A stretch of 63,953 nt of DNA, filler included, from Octopus bimaculoides (lineage: Eukaryota), in the NCBI RefSeq assembly GCF_001194135.2. It is 10 parts of 10 records of this genome, joined end to end, with 100 filler letters (N's around TTAATTAATTAA, not from the genome) between each part and the next. Parts side by side here need not be neighbours in the genome. Positions count along the whole stretch, not along the records: positions 43,628 to 49,408 come from NC_069005.1; positions 49,509 to 52,103 come from NW_026356199.1; positions 52,204 to 62,313 come from NC_068984.1; positions 62,414 to 63,953 come from NW_026325029.1; 6 more parts are not named here. One strand, 5' to 3'. The notes beneath the pieces were generated by a model. That model searched no databases. It was given only the letters and a program-made list of their open reading frames with translations, and was not told the DNA's origin. Shown piece after piece: positions 49,303 to 62,881 of this stretch. Both the position numbers and the translations under genes were made by a program. How positions within the stretch are numbered: the stretch's first letter is position 1; each line of letters opens with the position of its first letter.

Positions 49303-51235
49303 ACTACTACTATCACTACCACTGCCACCACTACAACTACTACTACCACCACTACAACTACTACTACTACTACTACAACTACTACTACTACTACCATTCT
49401 GCCTGTATNNNNNNNNNNNNNNNNNNNNNNNNNNNNNNNNNNNNNNNNNNNNTTAATTAATTAANNNNNNNNNNNNNNNNNNNNNNNNNNNNNNNNNNNN
49501 NNNNNNNNACTAACATTTGTGCCAAGTTTCGTTTATCCCATTTCTTGAGAAGTGGGTATGGAAAAATCGTTAATGAACACCCCTTGTACATATGTGAACA
49601 TATACGTTGATGCATATGTCGTCGTTGTCATCATCATCATTATCGTCATCATCATCGTCATCATAATCACACACATCAACATAATTATCAATTTATGCCT
49701 GTTCTCTACTCTGGCATGTGCTGGACGGTTTGAGAAAATCGACAGCTCGGAGTTTTGCTTCATATTCCGTTGTCTGTTTTGGCTACTACGGCTTTACAGA
49801 GTGTGCTTTACACAGTGTACGACGAACATATCTTGTATCTTGATCATGAAGGAGACCACCTTGAAAGTTGAAAGACTAAAGAGGGTAAATAGAATTCAGA
49901 TATATAACATTATTTGAACTTATAATACACACACATACACACAAATACGCACGCACGCACGCGTTCACACACACGCCCACATGCACTCATACACACACAT
50001 ACACACGCACGTGACTAAATTGACTACATTACTTGTGTTGGACTCTGCTTTTCGAAATAGATTAGGTTATAAAAAGTAGAGTCCAAAATGAGCACTTCCC
50101 GTCATGGTAAAACCGAGCATGTTAGGCAAGTTTATCATATATATACAGAGATGGATAGAGGAAATAGAGCGTAGATATATGTGTGTATGCGTGTGCGAGG
50201 GGAGAGAGAGTAAGAGAGAGGAAGCGAGAGAGGGAGGTATCTAAATCACAATTTGGCATTTTCACACTATAAACTATCTAAAAACTAGAAGAAAATGGAT
50301 CAAACTACCTCATTCGATTAGATTGTGTGATTGATGCTCTGTTGTGCAATTTGCAATAGTGTCTCCTGGAATCTGAAAACAAGTTCGATTCCCGCTTGTT
50401 ATTCATATCTTCAAAACATAATATGTTTGTATTTCCCCGCAAAATAGTTTGTCATCAGGAACAAGTCTCAAACTGGCGAAATACATCTTCATTGACATTC
50501 ATCTATGCTTCAGAAATTGTGTGCATTTAGAATGGCTCACTAGCTGTTAATCTCTATAGGCCAGTAATATATAGGACATATGCATGCAAGCATAGACACA
50601 CGCGCACACACATACACACACACAATTACGCACGTACTCTCTCACACATGCAATTACGCACACACACACACTCACACAAATATATATGCATCTATTACGT
50701 ATATGTATATAGCAGAGAGACGATTGCTATTATATTCGGCGTCTAATTCAATGAATTGCCTCTGATCTACAATTTATACGAAGCAGCTTATGAATTTAGT
50801 CTATAAGGATTCTCATAATCCTCGCTTGAATTTTTGTTAGCCAGGATCGTTTGCATGGAATACTGACTGAAGTATTCTTCATTCCCCACTTTCTGTCACT
50901 ATGAGTTTGAGTGCGGATGTGTGTTTGTGTGGATGGATTGACAGATTGACGGATGGATGGACGAATGGATGGACGGAGGATGGATGGATGGTTGGATGAA
51001 TGGATAGCAGTCATACTAAGGCAAAGGAATTAAGTCTTTATACATTGATATCCATTATTGGTAGATGAAGGTTTGTTTTGTCAATCGGTGTTATATAATG
51101 ATGGTATTTAGATTTTTTTATTAGGACAAGATCATTTCCATTAAAACTAGTTGGATTCCCATGTAAGTAAAGAATCTGGTGAAGGTTGTTGAAACTAATT
51201 ATATTAAAAAATTTCTTTTTAAAATCCTATTTCAG

Positions 51236-51393
51236 CTACGAGAAGAATAGAGAAGTATTTTCTATAACTTGCACAGTACCACGTATAATTACCAAAGACC
51301 AAATTTTTAAACAAGTTTTCGAAAGTTTTAAAACATCACAGTCTTTGCGTGACTTGGGATTTCAAAAACGGAACATGGAGTTATTTGATGAAA
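51236..51393 (+). CDS. Candidate orphan internal exon (158 nt, phase 2 to 1): YEKNREVFSITCTVPRIITKDQIFKQVFESFKTSQSLRDLGFQKRNMELFDE
   Basis: Acceptor ctttttaaaatcctatttcag, canonical donor AA|gtaagt, one open frame, non-repetitive protein-like composition. No homology recognised. Confidence 0.4.
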
Positions 51394-51779
51394 GTAAGTA
51401 GTGTTTTGTGTCATTTTATCAACAATGATAAATGCAATGTAGCCCTCCAAGAATACATGTATATGATTATGAAACTGTTTCTTTGCATAATGAGATCTAG
51501 TTGTGTTTCCTCGGGTGGTATGCGAGTGTTCTCTCCGTTAGTTTAAAATCGTCGACTTCAAAGCCATCTCTTCCGTCTGTCGTGGTTTGAATATTTTTAG
51601 TAGTTGATTTTCTTATGGCATGTGCTTTGGTGAACTGTTCTGAATGGTCGTAAGATTTGAATAGAATTGACATTTCATTTGGTTGTATAGCTGATTGGTT
51701 TCATACATATTTAACCAGTATATACATGCATTTTCCAGTATATAAAACGCAGCTATGAATTTTGTAATAATTATTTTAT

Positions 51780-51852
51780 ACTAGCAGAAATACCCGGCTT
51801 TGCCCAGGTTAAAGAGAATAATGAAATCTAAAAACGCCGTCTAGACTACGCA
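51780..51852 (+). mobile_element. Helitron-like 5' end
   Basis: actagcagaaatacccggctttgcccaggtt; nearly identical to 62083-62155. Confidence 0.6.
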
Positions 51853-52205
51853 ACCCTCAACTGTTAGTAGCTACGATACCATATTTCTACATTAATAACT
51901 CTCCAATCCATGCCAGCATGGAACATAGATATTAAGTGGAATGCTAGAAGAAAGTTTTCAACTCATATCTATATAAAGTAAATACACCTAATTCAGAAAC
52001 ACGTTTTTGTGTATCTTATTTCGTAACCAATCAAACAGGTACAGATTATAAATAATGAAAGGCCAATTTTGGTGATTCATTTGACAGAGGTAGTAGAGAG
52101 ACANNNNNNNNNNNNNNNNNNNNNNNNNNNNNNNNNNNNNNNNNNNNTTAATTAATTAANNNNNNNNNNNNNNNNNNNNNNNNNNNNNNNNNNNNNNNNN
52201 NNNTA

Positions 52206-52243
<38 letters not shown>

Positions 52244-52653
52244 CATACATTTATATATACACGCACGCACACATATACACAAAGATGTATACACACATAC
52301 ATATATGTATGCATTATGTATACAATTAGTTTCCCTGAATAATACAATGGAAATGATTTGATTATTGGAGATTAACAAAATAAGTCAGTTTGTAAATTAT
52401 AATAAACTTAAAGGCAAACTCTACTTCCATCAATATCATTTTAATCCAATTAATGTATTGTATATTCGTATACATGACCTTTTTCTCGTACATTATATAA
52501 AAGAACTGAATTACATATTTTTCTGAGAACTATTCTAAATAAGAAATGAGCTGTCGGCAAATACCATTCATTAACGATGGAAATACATAAAGGAGAAGTG
52601 TGTTTATTTGATTGCAAAGCAATATAAATACAGTAGTAACAACAACGAGAACA

Positions 52654-52654
<1 letters not shown>

Positions 52655-52721
<67 letters not shown>

Positions 52722-52735
52722 GGTGGTGGTGGTGG

Positions 52736-52787
<52 letters not shown>

Positions 52788-52882
52788 AATAATAATAATA
52801 ATGAGAAGAAGAAGAAGAAGAAGAAGAAGAAGAAGAAGAAGAAGAAGAAGAAGAAGAAGAAGAAGAAGAAGAAGAAGAAGAT
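52655..52882. repeat. Compound trinucleotide array (GAT)-(GGT)-(GAT)-(AAT)-(GAA)
   Basis: Read directly. Confidence 0.95.
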
Positions 52883-53456
52883 AATTAATGTATATCTGAA
52901 AATAAGGATAAACAGAAACAGTTATGTTCGCTTTCATGCAGGAGTATGTACAGAGATTGGCATGCACTAAACGTGCATATATATAAAGCATATACACAGG
53001 CCCACCTACATGAAAATGCACAAACAAGACCGATGTAACTCTGTGTGCATAAGCGTTAATGTTAGTGGGTGTGTATAAAATAGATGCATGCCTCCAGGTT
53101 GGCAGTTTATTGATAGACACATAGATATTTATGGCAATAATATACACACGTATCCATTAAGTGCATTCACCGCCATGAGTACACATCTATCAGATTTTTA
53201 TGTTCAAACATATTACACATATACAGCAACACAGACGTACTCACAAACACGCACGCACACATATACACATACATATAAAGGTAACTTGTGACCAGTATGT
53301 GTGTATGTTATAGCACGTGAAGGATGTGTTGGTTTAGATCAAGAAATATATCCAAAATACATTCATGTTGTGATTTTTCTCTTTCGTTGAAAGGGTAACT
53401 ATAATATACAAATTGTACATACATATACACATACATATGCATATGCAAGCAAGTGC

Positions 53457-53506
<50 letters not shown>

Positions 53507-54362
53507 CTGTATGTGTGTGTGTGCGTGTGCGTTTGCGTGTGTGTGGGTGCGCGCCAGTGTGCGTGCTTGTGTCTGTGGCTGTGTCTGTGTGTGTGTCTCT
53601 TTCGATATATNNNNNNNNNNNNNNNNNNNNNNNNNNNNNNNNNNNNNNNNNNNNNNNNNNNNNNNNNNNNNNNNNNNNNNNNNNNNNNNNNNNNNNNNNN
53701 NNNNNNNNNNNNNNNNNNNNNNNNNNNNNNNNNNNNNNNNNNNNNNNNNNNNNNNNNNNNNNNNNNNNNNNNNNNNNNNNNNNNNNNNNNNNNNNNNNNN
53801 NNNNNNNNNNNNNNNNNNNNNNNNNNNNNNNNNNNNNNNNNNNNNNNNNNNNNNNNNNNNNNNNNNNNNNNNNNNNNNNNNNNNNNNNNNNNNNNNNNNN
53901 NNNNNNNNNNNNNNNNNNNNNNNNNNNNNNNNNNNNNNNNNNNNNNNNNNNNNNNNNNNNNNNNNNNNNNNNNNNNNNNNNNNNNNNNNNNNNNNNNNNN
54001 NNNNNNNNNNNNNNNNNNNNNNNNNNNNNNNNNNNNNNNNNNNNNNNNNNNNNNNNNNNNNNNNNNNNNNNNNNNNNNNNNNNNNNNNNNNNNNNNNNNN
54101 NNNNNNNNNNNNNNNNNNNNNNNNNNNNNNNNNNNNNNNNNNNNNNNNNNNNNNNNNNNNNNNNNNNNNNNNNNNNNNNNNNNNNNNNNNNNNNNNNNNN
54201 NNNNNNNNNNNNNNNNNNNNNNNNNNNNNNNNNNNNNNNNNNNNNNNNNNNNNNNNNNNNNNNNNNNNNNNNNNNNNNNNNNNNNNNNNNNNNNNNNNNN
54301 NNNNNNNNNNNNNNNNNNNNNNNNNNNNNNNNNNNNNNNNNNNNNNNNNNNNNNNNNNNNNN

Positions 54363-54572
54363 TATTGTCCAATGCGGCAAGCTGGGAGAAACGTCATCAC
54401 GCCGGGTGAAATGCTTAGTGGTATTTCGTCTGTCTTTACGTTCTGAGTTCAAATTCCGCCGAGGTCAACTTTGCCTTTCATCCATTCAAGGGTCGATAAA
54501 TTAAATACCAGCTGCACACGAGGTCGATCTAATCGACTGGCCCCCAAAATTTCGGGCCTTGTGCCAGAAAAG
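54363..54572 (+). mobile_element. SINE family C with a 16-bp TSD (aatatttgtattgtcc)
   Basis: TSD at 54573-54588; the left copy is visible in the duplicate contig at 55492-55507. Confidence 0.75.
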
Positions 54573-56142
54573 AATATTTGTATTGTCCGTTCTATTCCAT
54601 TAAGATTCCATACAATTTATATTGAAATCACGTGTATTTGTCTTACATTTGTTGATGAGTATTGAACCAATGAGCGCTGATAACGTGGATATATTGCTCA
54701 AAGCCTTTCTATGCATGGATGGTGTATCCATCTTGCTCCTCTTAGAGATTACTGTTACCTGTCACTCGTGTACATTGCTCAAAGTCATATGCATCAATAA
54801 CACCTTCATATCGATTATCACCCCCACGCAGTATACTGTTGTCACTAAAATATCACATGCTATGCGGAGGCGCAATGGCCCAGTGGTTAGGGCAGCGGAC
54901 TCGTGGTCATNNNNNNNNNNTAGGCATATATAGACATAAAGTTAAGGATTTTGCATATCAAATTATACAGACACTGCGAATGTTCTCTGAATCAGCCTGG
55001 AGGCTATAAAATTAGTAATAACCTTCACAGTCTCTAACTAACAACCTTGAACAGAATTCATAATATCATTCTCCCGTTATCATAAATCAATTCATGTATC
55101 GATCAATATTTGCAGCGTTGTCATCGTGAAGTTTCCCATACCAAGAAAGAAGCGTCCTAATGAAACGTCTTTGACTTCCATGTTTTAGAACCTCACTGAA
55201 TGTTTATATTTTACCGAAGCATCGGTGGCAAATTGAAATGTCGTTCAAATGGCTTGAAATGTAAGGCAACTCATCCCGAAATCATACGCTACAGTTTGAA
55301 ATAGGATGTAATGTATATGTATGTACACTCGTAAATCGACCAGGACGTCACTACTGGGATGCATTCAATCATAGGCGAACTTGAACAGAAATGAATGGGA
55401 TAAAAGAACCAGCAATGTCAACAAAGAGAACCAACTTCAGAAACAAAAGAACAACAATGTATGTTTTCACAGAATAAACGTTGTTTTACGAAATATTTGT
55501 ATTGTCCAATGCGGCAAGCTGGGAGAAACGTCATCACGCCGGGTGAAATGCTTAGTGGTATTTCGTCTGTCTTTACGTTCTGAGTTCAAATTCCGCCGAG
55601 GTCAACTTTGCCTTTCATCCATTCAAGGGTCGATAAATTAAATACCAGCTGCACACGNNNNNNNNNNNNNNNNNNNNNNNNNNNNNNNNNNNNNNNNNNN
55701 NNNNNNNNNNNNNNNNNNNNNNNNNNNNNNNNNNNNNNNNNNNNNNNNNNNNNNNNNNNNNNNNNNNNNNNNNNNNNNNNNNNNNNNNNNNNNNNNNNNN
55801 NNNNNNNNNNNNNNNNNNNNNNNNNNNNNNNNNNNNNNNNNNNNNNNNNNNNNNNNNNNNNNNNNNNNNNNNNNNNNNNNNNNNNNNNNNNNNNNNNNNN
55901 NNNNNNNNNNNNNNNNNNNNNNNNNNNNNNNNNNNNNNNNNNNNNNNNNNNNNNNNNNNNNNNNNNNNNNNNNNNNNNNNNNNNNNNNNNNNNNNNNNNN
56001 NNNNNNNNNNNNNNNNNNNNNNNNNNNNNNNNNNNNNNNNNNNNNNNNNNNNNNNNNNNNNNNNNNNNNNNNNNNNNNNNNNNNNNNNNNNNNNNNNNNN
56101 NNNNNNNNNNNNNNNNNNNNNNNNNNNNNNNNNNNNNNNNNN

Positions 56143-56390
56143 GGTGGCGAACCCTGCTGTACTCTTCCACCACAACTTCCTCTCACTCTTACTTCCTGTT
56201 TCTGTTGTGCCTGTAAATCAAAGAGTCAGCCTTGTCACACTGTGTCACGCTGAATATCCCCGAGAACTACGTTAAGGCTACACGTGTCTGTGGAGTTCTC
56301 AACCCCTTGCACGTTAATTTCACGAGCAGGCTGTTCCGTTGATCGGATCAACTGGAACTCTCGACGTCGTAAGCGACGGAGTGCCAACAA
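56143..56390 (+). mobile_element. SINE family A 3' part (head at 54866-54910)
   Basis: ggtggcgaaccctgctgtactc...cgacggagtgccaacaa. Confidence 0.8.
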
Positions 56391-59300
56391 CAACAACAAC
56401 CACACGCTATAGAATGATGACTAACTGACCGCAAATTCTTGTTCCCCTTGAACACGTGTAGCTATCAATGTATAAAAAATCTTATAACTTGGAAATAGGA
56501 CTCTGGAAAAATATCAGTTCAGAGATACCAGCTTTCTCCCTTCTCTAATACATGGAGATCTTGATGATACGTTTGATGTTGCTATGACAGTAAACAAAAA
56601 GGAATCTAACCTAAATTGATTAAAGGAGTACATGCCCTTGCTTAGAAAATATTAAATTGTTTTTCAAATCCCCTTCACTCCCTATCCGATCATAAGATGT
56701 TGTGATCTTGTTCTAGTCTCACGAAACATCGAATAGTGTGTAGCTGAAGCGAACTTCTATTAAATACATATGACTCTAACCAAATGTATTGAGCATTACT
56801 TTGTTACCTTTATTCATTTATTTATATCCACTTCACTACATATATTTTAATCATACTCTGCACAATTCCAAATCCGACTGAACTTGTGTGTTGTGTTGTG
56901 TGTGCGTGTCTGTGTGTGTGTTGTGTGTGTGTGTGAGAGTGCATGTGCGTGTGTGTGTGAGTGCATGTGCGTGTGTGTGTGTGCGTGCGTGTGTGTGCGT
57001 GTGTGTGTGTTGTGCGTGTGTGTGTGTGTTTTGTGTGTGTGTGTGCTCACGTATATGCAAACGAATCTAAAGCTATTTATATCTGTTTATTTAAAAGTAT
57101 TTCGTGCTTCTTTTAATCCTATTCGAATAACTTGCTTATCATAGCACATATCTAATGAAATTATATCACCAATTTGAACATTCAAAATTCCAAACTTCAT
57201 GTCATAGAATTCAAGAAAATAAATATTTGTTGCTTTTACCAAGCATAACATTTTATTCATTATATCAGAAATTTTAGACGCAAGATAGTTCATAGTCATG
57301 CCTTAAGAGAGTATTAACAGAATTTGTGACTTGAAAATATCTGTTTGTTTCTCGAAATGTAAACAATATTTTCTTCATTTGTTGTAGTAATGTGAACAGA
57401 TAAATGATGCGATATAATGAATATCAGGAATTCTTTTTCGTTCTAATTATAAGCAGAGAAAAATCATTGGCGTTAGTTCATTTACGAAAAAATGCAATTT
57501 CAAATTGGACAGAAGTTAATTTTGAACTGCATTGAAATTAATCGAAATTTTGATCCGTTTATCTTTTGTAACGTGTTATTTTATAATGTGACCTCGAATT
57601 ATGGGGATGTTCATGTTTCTTGAATGGAGCTGTACTGCTGTAGATATTCCCACGGGCATTTGCTATTAAAAATCGGTGAAAGCATCAAAAATCCCTTTAT
57701 ATGACATAAAGTGGCAATGGGATGACAACCAAATTTGTTAAAGTAGATAACACAGTTAGTCTCAAAGATTAAGAACGATACTGGCTGGCCGATACCGTGT
57801 ATTTATGGTTTTTCATTATCTCTCCTCTATATGTGACTAAGGAATACTGAATTGACAATGTGTAATGTGAAGAGCATTATAAGTTTTCACGTCTAATGGG
57901 AAACAAGTATATGCCTATATTAACTACTTTATTTTATTATTTTTTTTCACTGAGGAAAGAAGGCAATGGTCCTCATTTACTTGACCTCTGAAATAGATGA
58001 AAGAAAAAAACGTATCCGCAAACTGGAGACATCGCTCGAGTGCATGTACCATTGTGGACTCTAATATAGACGTTTGAGATGACGATTCAACCGGGCGACG
58101 GATTAAGCTTGAGTAACAAGTAAATTATGGTGAGAAGGGTACACAGAATGCAATAAGTGAGAGAAATAGTATGTGGCATCCAGTCTGATGATTTTACACT
58201 TCTACCAATTCACCACTCTCAATTTGATACTTTTTATAAAATCGGAAAGGAGAAAAGCAAAGTTGGTCTTAAAGCGATATTTGAACATACAACGCAGATG
58301 ATCAAAACAAAAGCAGTGAGGCATTCTTATGGCTAACAATCACCAAGTCAGAGTGTTGATGGAATTCTAATGTGGGTCACCACCTAATGATGGAGTTGTT
58401 TGAAGAAAATGATTTTTAATAAGTTTGTAGGATACTCACTCCATCAATGAGATTACGACACTAACATGAGTTTTGTTAGAATACTATTCCAGCACACTGA
58501 GCGAATCTGAAATAGGGGGACACTATTGTTAGGCAAATTTTCCGAAAGAGAAAATGGTGAACACATGCAACCCTGTACCGTAACAAGATATTGATGAAAA
58601 TTGAAGGATACGTTGTAGTTCAATTTTGCTTCATAGTTAAAGGTACCTCCATGATCTGTTATCATAATAGTTAAACTAGAAAATAATGATTAGTAGTATC
58701 CAATTCCACTGAGTACTCTCCCTTGACAGGTTGTAACATTATCGGAGTGAAATATCAATGGAGTCAATAAACATAGTTTAACTTTGTATATTAGTGTCTA
58801 TTTAGAATTTTCAAATAATTAATTCGTATGCAAATGGATCACTATTATTAACCTCGAATTTTAGTGAATAATATAACTTAACTTTTGATATTCATTGTTA
58901 TTTCAGAAAAATGAGAACATGGAGGTGTAAACACTATTTCAGATGAATTAGCTTTAAACGAGAATGTTCAACTATGATAAATATTAGGTTGGAGAGAATG
59001 TCCTGTTGCATTCTCAAGATTTAGAAAGAAACAAATGCTTCTTTGGTCTTAAAATATTCAATGAAAATAACACCTCACCTCATTATTGAGACCACTAATG
59101 GGATTAGATAAAAGTATTGGAGAAATAAGTATCGGCATATACGCACAAAATCTTTCATGAATGGTAATATGATAAAATAATTAACTTTCATAAATTTATC
59201 ATTCGAGTGTCTAATGGATTTATAATTATTATAGCACCGTGCATTATTAACTTGAGATTTACAGATGACTCATTTGCTACTCCTCATCTCAATGTATACA

Positions 59301-61344
59301 AGCTTCTATGTTGCATGCTGAAAGAGCCAATTACATAGAGAAGAGCTTTACCAAATTTGTTGCGACATGCGAGATGAAAGTATGGCTGCAATTAAGCATA
59401 TACATGCCGATTACATGCTTTCTTTGGCTCGCTACCATATTTGGCTTAGCTTTGAAAACAAAGAACAAGTAAGATGGACTGAATATGTATTTGATGAACT
59501 CCGAGTATTTAGCAGCACTAATTACACTTTATATTCTTTCCAGTAATTAGTGCTATATCTCCTCTTTTTCTCTCATCATTTCTCTCCGACTAGCATTGTA
59601 AGTTTTATGTGTTGTTATTATTCCCACAAATCGATCCGATTTATTAGTAATATCCTTGAAGCTGTTAGCAATTCAGTACACTTTTAGGAACAGTGTATTT
59701 CAAATTCTCATATCCAGTGTGGCCATCCATCAGCTAAAGTAGTTCCATTTACGTATAGTCTTTAAAGGGGGATTGGCTGTTGACTCTAATCTTTCACATT
59801 GGCATGATACATAGTAATGCATTTTCCCTAGGTCTTCAGCTTAGTATCGTCCGCTTCTCTCATATATTCAGATGAAAAATATTATCATCCACCACTGTCT
59901 CTAAACTTGTCTTGAGCCTACAGACATGCCATGTCCATTTTAGTCAGTCATCTTCCATAGTCATCAACGAAGTATTAAGTGATTTGGCTCACCTTCTCTT
60001 TGGCTTCCATTTGAAAAAGGCTCCATCTGGTCTCTTCATAAACATGTGTAGCAGAGCTGAACATCATTCGTTCTTGCATGGTGATGATGTTCCGCTAGTT
60101 GATTAGTGTTCTCGTTTGTGGTATGGCCGCACCAAAACTTCCTTTAGCGACGTCCGTGGAAAATATTTGCATTTCTAGAAATTATTCGTAAATTCTTAAT
60201 CAACTTGGAACTAGGAATTCAATGGGAAATCCAGTATACGGCAGCTAATGTGGATCAGGAATACTCACAGTCCTTGGCTTTGCCAGCGATCTTGTAATCC
60301 TCACTATTACATCTGAGGCAATGCAAAATATGACACTTTCTTTATAAACAGTATTGTGTATATTATTGTAGCTCATTGGATGATGAAGCTCAATAAATCG
60401 TACCGAGTGATAAACGAACTAATGTCGCAGGATTGAGACCGAATTCCAAATGACAAGTAAAATATAATGAAATATTAAAATATAATGAAATGGTTAGAGA
60501 ATATATCGAAAAACTAGCGGTGGTGTCACAGACAGTCATGATTTATTATTATTATTTTTCTATTATTGTTCAGAATTGGTGAATAATCTAAGGTAGAAGA
60601 ATCATTAGAAAGGAAATATCGTGAAAAAGCTAGAGTTATATATAAACTGAACATAAAAATATAATGAAGAAGTATATCGGTTAGCTTAGGTTAGCTGACA
60701 TTTCAACATGACAAATGAATTATGAATTGAAGTTTCCAAGGGTCATGCGTTTTGATTTTCTCACAACACCCTTTTATTCGGGTGGCAATAATAAGTGTAG
60801 TTTAAGAGAATTCTGCACTATTTTTAGTTCGTTTCGGGCATAATTCATGTATTTGTTCTTTTTTTCCTTTTTTCGTGTATTATGATGTTATGAAATGATC
60901 GAGTAAGGTGAAAGACAGTGAAAGAGAAATAGTGAGAGAAAGAGAGAGAAAAAGGAAGATCACTAATAATAAGACAGGCAGAAGCAGAGAGAAGTTTATA
61001 CAATTATAGAAAGCGAGACGTCGGATATTAGTGAAGGCAGGGGTAGAAACAGGAGGAAAAATAGCCATAACATAAATAGTAATATGTTCAATAAATGTTA
61101 TTGCATTACTTGAAGGAGAGAACAATCAATGTAAAGTAGGTGATGTGAGCTTCTGATCAGCTAAGCCATGAATTGGATGTTTTTACTTTATTTAACGCCA
61201 GGTAAAATTTAATCGAGCTGATGTGTGTTCGAATGCTTTCCAGCTGTGATCATACCTTCGTTTTAAGGCTACATAGGGCTATACCTATTTCGTTATTGCC
61301 CACAAGGGGCTAAACATAGAGGGAACAAACAAGAACAGACGAAC

Positions 61345-61460
61345 GGATTAAGTCGATTACATCGACCCCAGTGCGTAACTGGTACTTAATTTATCTACCC
61401 CGAAAGGATGAAAGGCAAAGTCGACATCGGCGGAATTTGAACTCAGAACGTAACGGCAAA
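61345..61460 (-). mobile_element. SINE family C copy
   Basis: gtcgattacatcgacccc...ggcggaatttgaactcagaacg. Confidence 0.8.
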
Positions 61461-61576
61461 CATAGGGCTATACCTTGTGATGGGTACTTCCATTTAAAGA
61501 CGAACATTTGTGATTTGTAGATTTCGTTGCAAATTATTGGCAAGATACACACACACACCCACACACACACGCGCGT

Positions 61577-61618
<42 letters not shown>

Positions 61619-62082
61619 ACACATGCGAATAGACAGAACATTATAGAAAGAGAAAGATACATAGAAAGTTCATTTTATTCATTTTAAAACTAATGGAATT
61701 AGTATATAGATTAAGTCAGAATGTTCTGATAAAGTATATACAATATGTACATATAATCCACTAAAAGTCAAAATCAGCAGAGAACAGTAAACAGTTTTTT
61801 GGCTAAAATTATAAACAAGGTTATCGACTCTTGTTACCTTCCTTATTCGAAGGAGTTCTTATTGATGAGAGAGTATATGACGAAACACAGCTGTCCAGAT
61901 TCCCTCGCAGTAATGAATCGTGTGTGTTATGAAGACATAGTCTTCATAAAGGAGAAGCTATTCTCTTGCAAGAGACACAACATCAATTAACAGATATATG
62001 TTCGATTCTGTCGGAACGTATTAAGAATAAATATGGAAATCATCGTTTCGATTGTTGCTGTTCATCGAGGAAATAACGAATT

Positions 62083-62175
62083 ACTAGCAGAAATACCCGG
62101 CGTTGCCCGGGTTAACGAGAATAATGAAATCTAAAAACGCCGTCTAGACTACGCATCATCTTTATATATAGAGAT
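62083..62175 (+). mobile_element. Minimal 93-bp Helitron-like element with both ends
   Basis: 5' actagcagaaatacccggcgttgcccgggtt hairpin and 3' ctttatatatagagat terminus. Confidence 0.55.
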
Positions 62176-62413
62176 GTATATACACACACGCACCCAAACA
62201 CACATATATATATGTATATCAATATAAATATATGAAAGTCAATGAAGTTTCGTAAAAGAAGGTGATCATGTACATACTTTCTTGCTGTTGTGATTATAAC
62301 ACCTCATTGTAAANNNNNNNNNNNNNNNNNNNNNNNNNNNNNNNNNNNNNNNNNNNNTTAATTAATTAANNNNNNNNNNNNNNNNNNNNNNNNNNNNNNN
62401 NNNNNNNNNNNNN

Positions 62414-62512
62414 CATAAGAGCACCACAGCAAACCACAGCACATACCCAAGGCGTACAGAGCTACGTTCGGTAGTGAAGTGAAAGCACGTTATATAAATA
62501 GGACTACTGAAC

Positions 62513-62577
<65 letters not shown>

Positions 62578-62580
62578 TAA
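62414..62580 (+). mobile_element. R4/Dong 3'UTR end with (TAA)n tail
   Basis: cggtagtgaagtgaaagcacgttata...actgaacaataataat matches the minus-strand end at 27145-27205. Confidence 0.8.
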
Positions 62581-62830
62581 TAATAAATGATAATTTTCCT
62601 TGTAACCCCAAAGCTTGTTTATCCAAAAGTCCGCAGAAAACAAAATTAAGATATCAGAATCATGAAAATGAGCAAGAATACTCCGAAAAGCCTGTACTAA
62701 CCAGGAAAAATTGTCTCAACCATATAGCAACCCCTGATTCTAGGTTAGGCTCAAAGCTTTTCAGACACCCCCACGAATTTGTGAAAGTATGTTACCACTC
62801 AGATTCGAGCCCAATGAAAATAAAAACACG

Positions 62831-62834
<4 letters not shown>

Positions 62835-62881
<47 letters not shown>

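Noticed and set aside
52530-54504. Long ORFs with poly-X, poly-L/I/D/K or YIYI/HTHT runs (also many others in the track)
   Set aside because: Translations of microsatellites and N gaps.
58453-58665. ORF with cadherin-like FNYE motif
   Set aside because: Only a 4-residue resemblance; no DxD/DxNDN motifs or good donor.
59900-60100. Minus-strand exon-like segment ending AAG|gtgagc
   Set aside because: The surrounding translation resembles a decayed LINE RT C-terminus (LKW.WHV.R) and the acceptor is weak.
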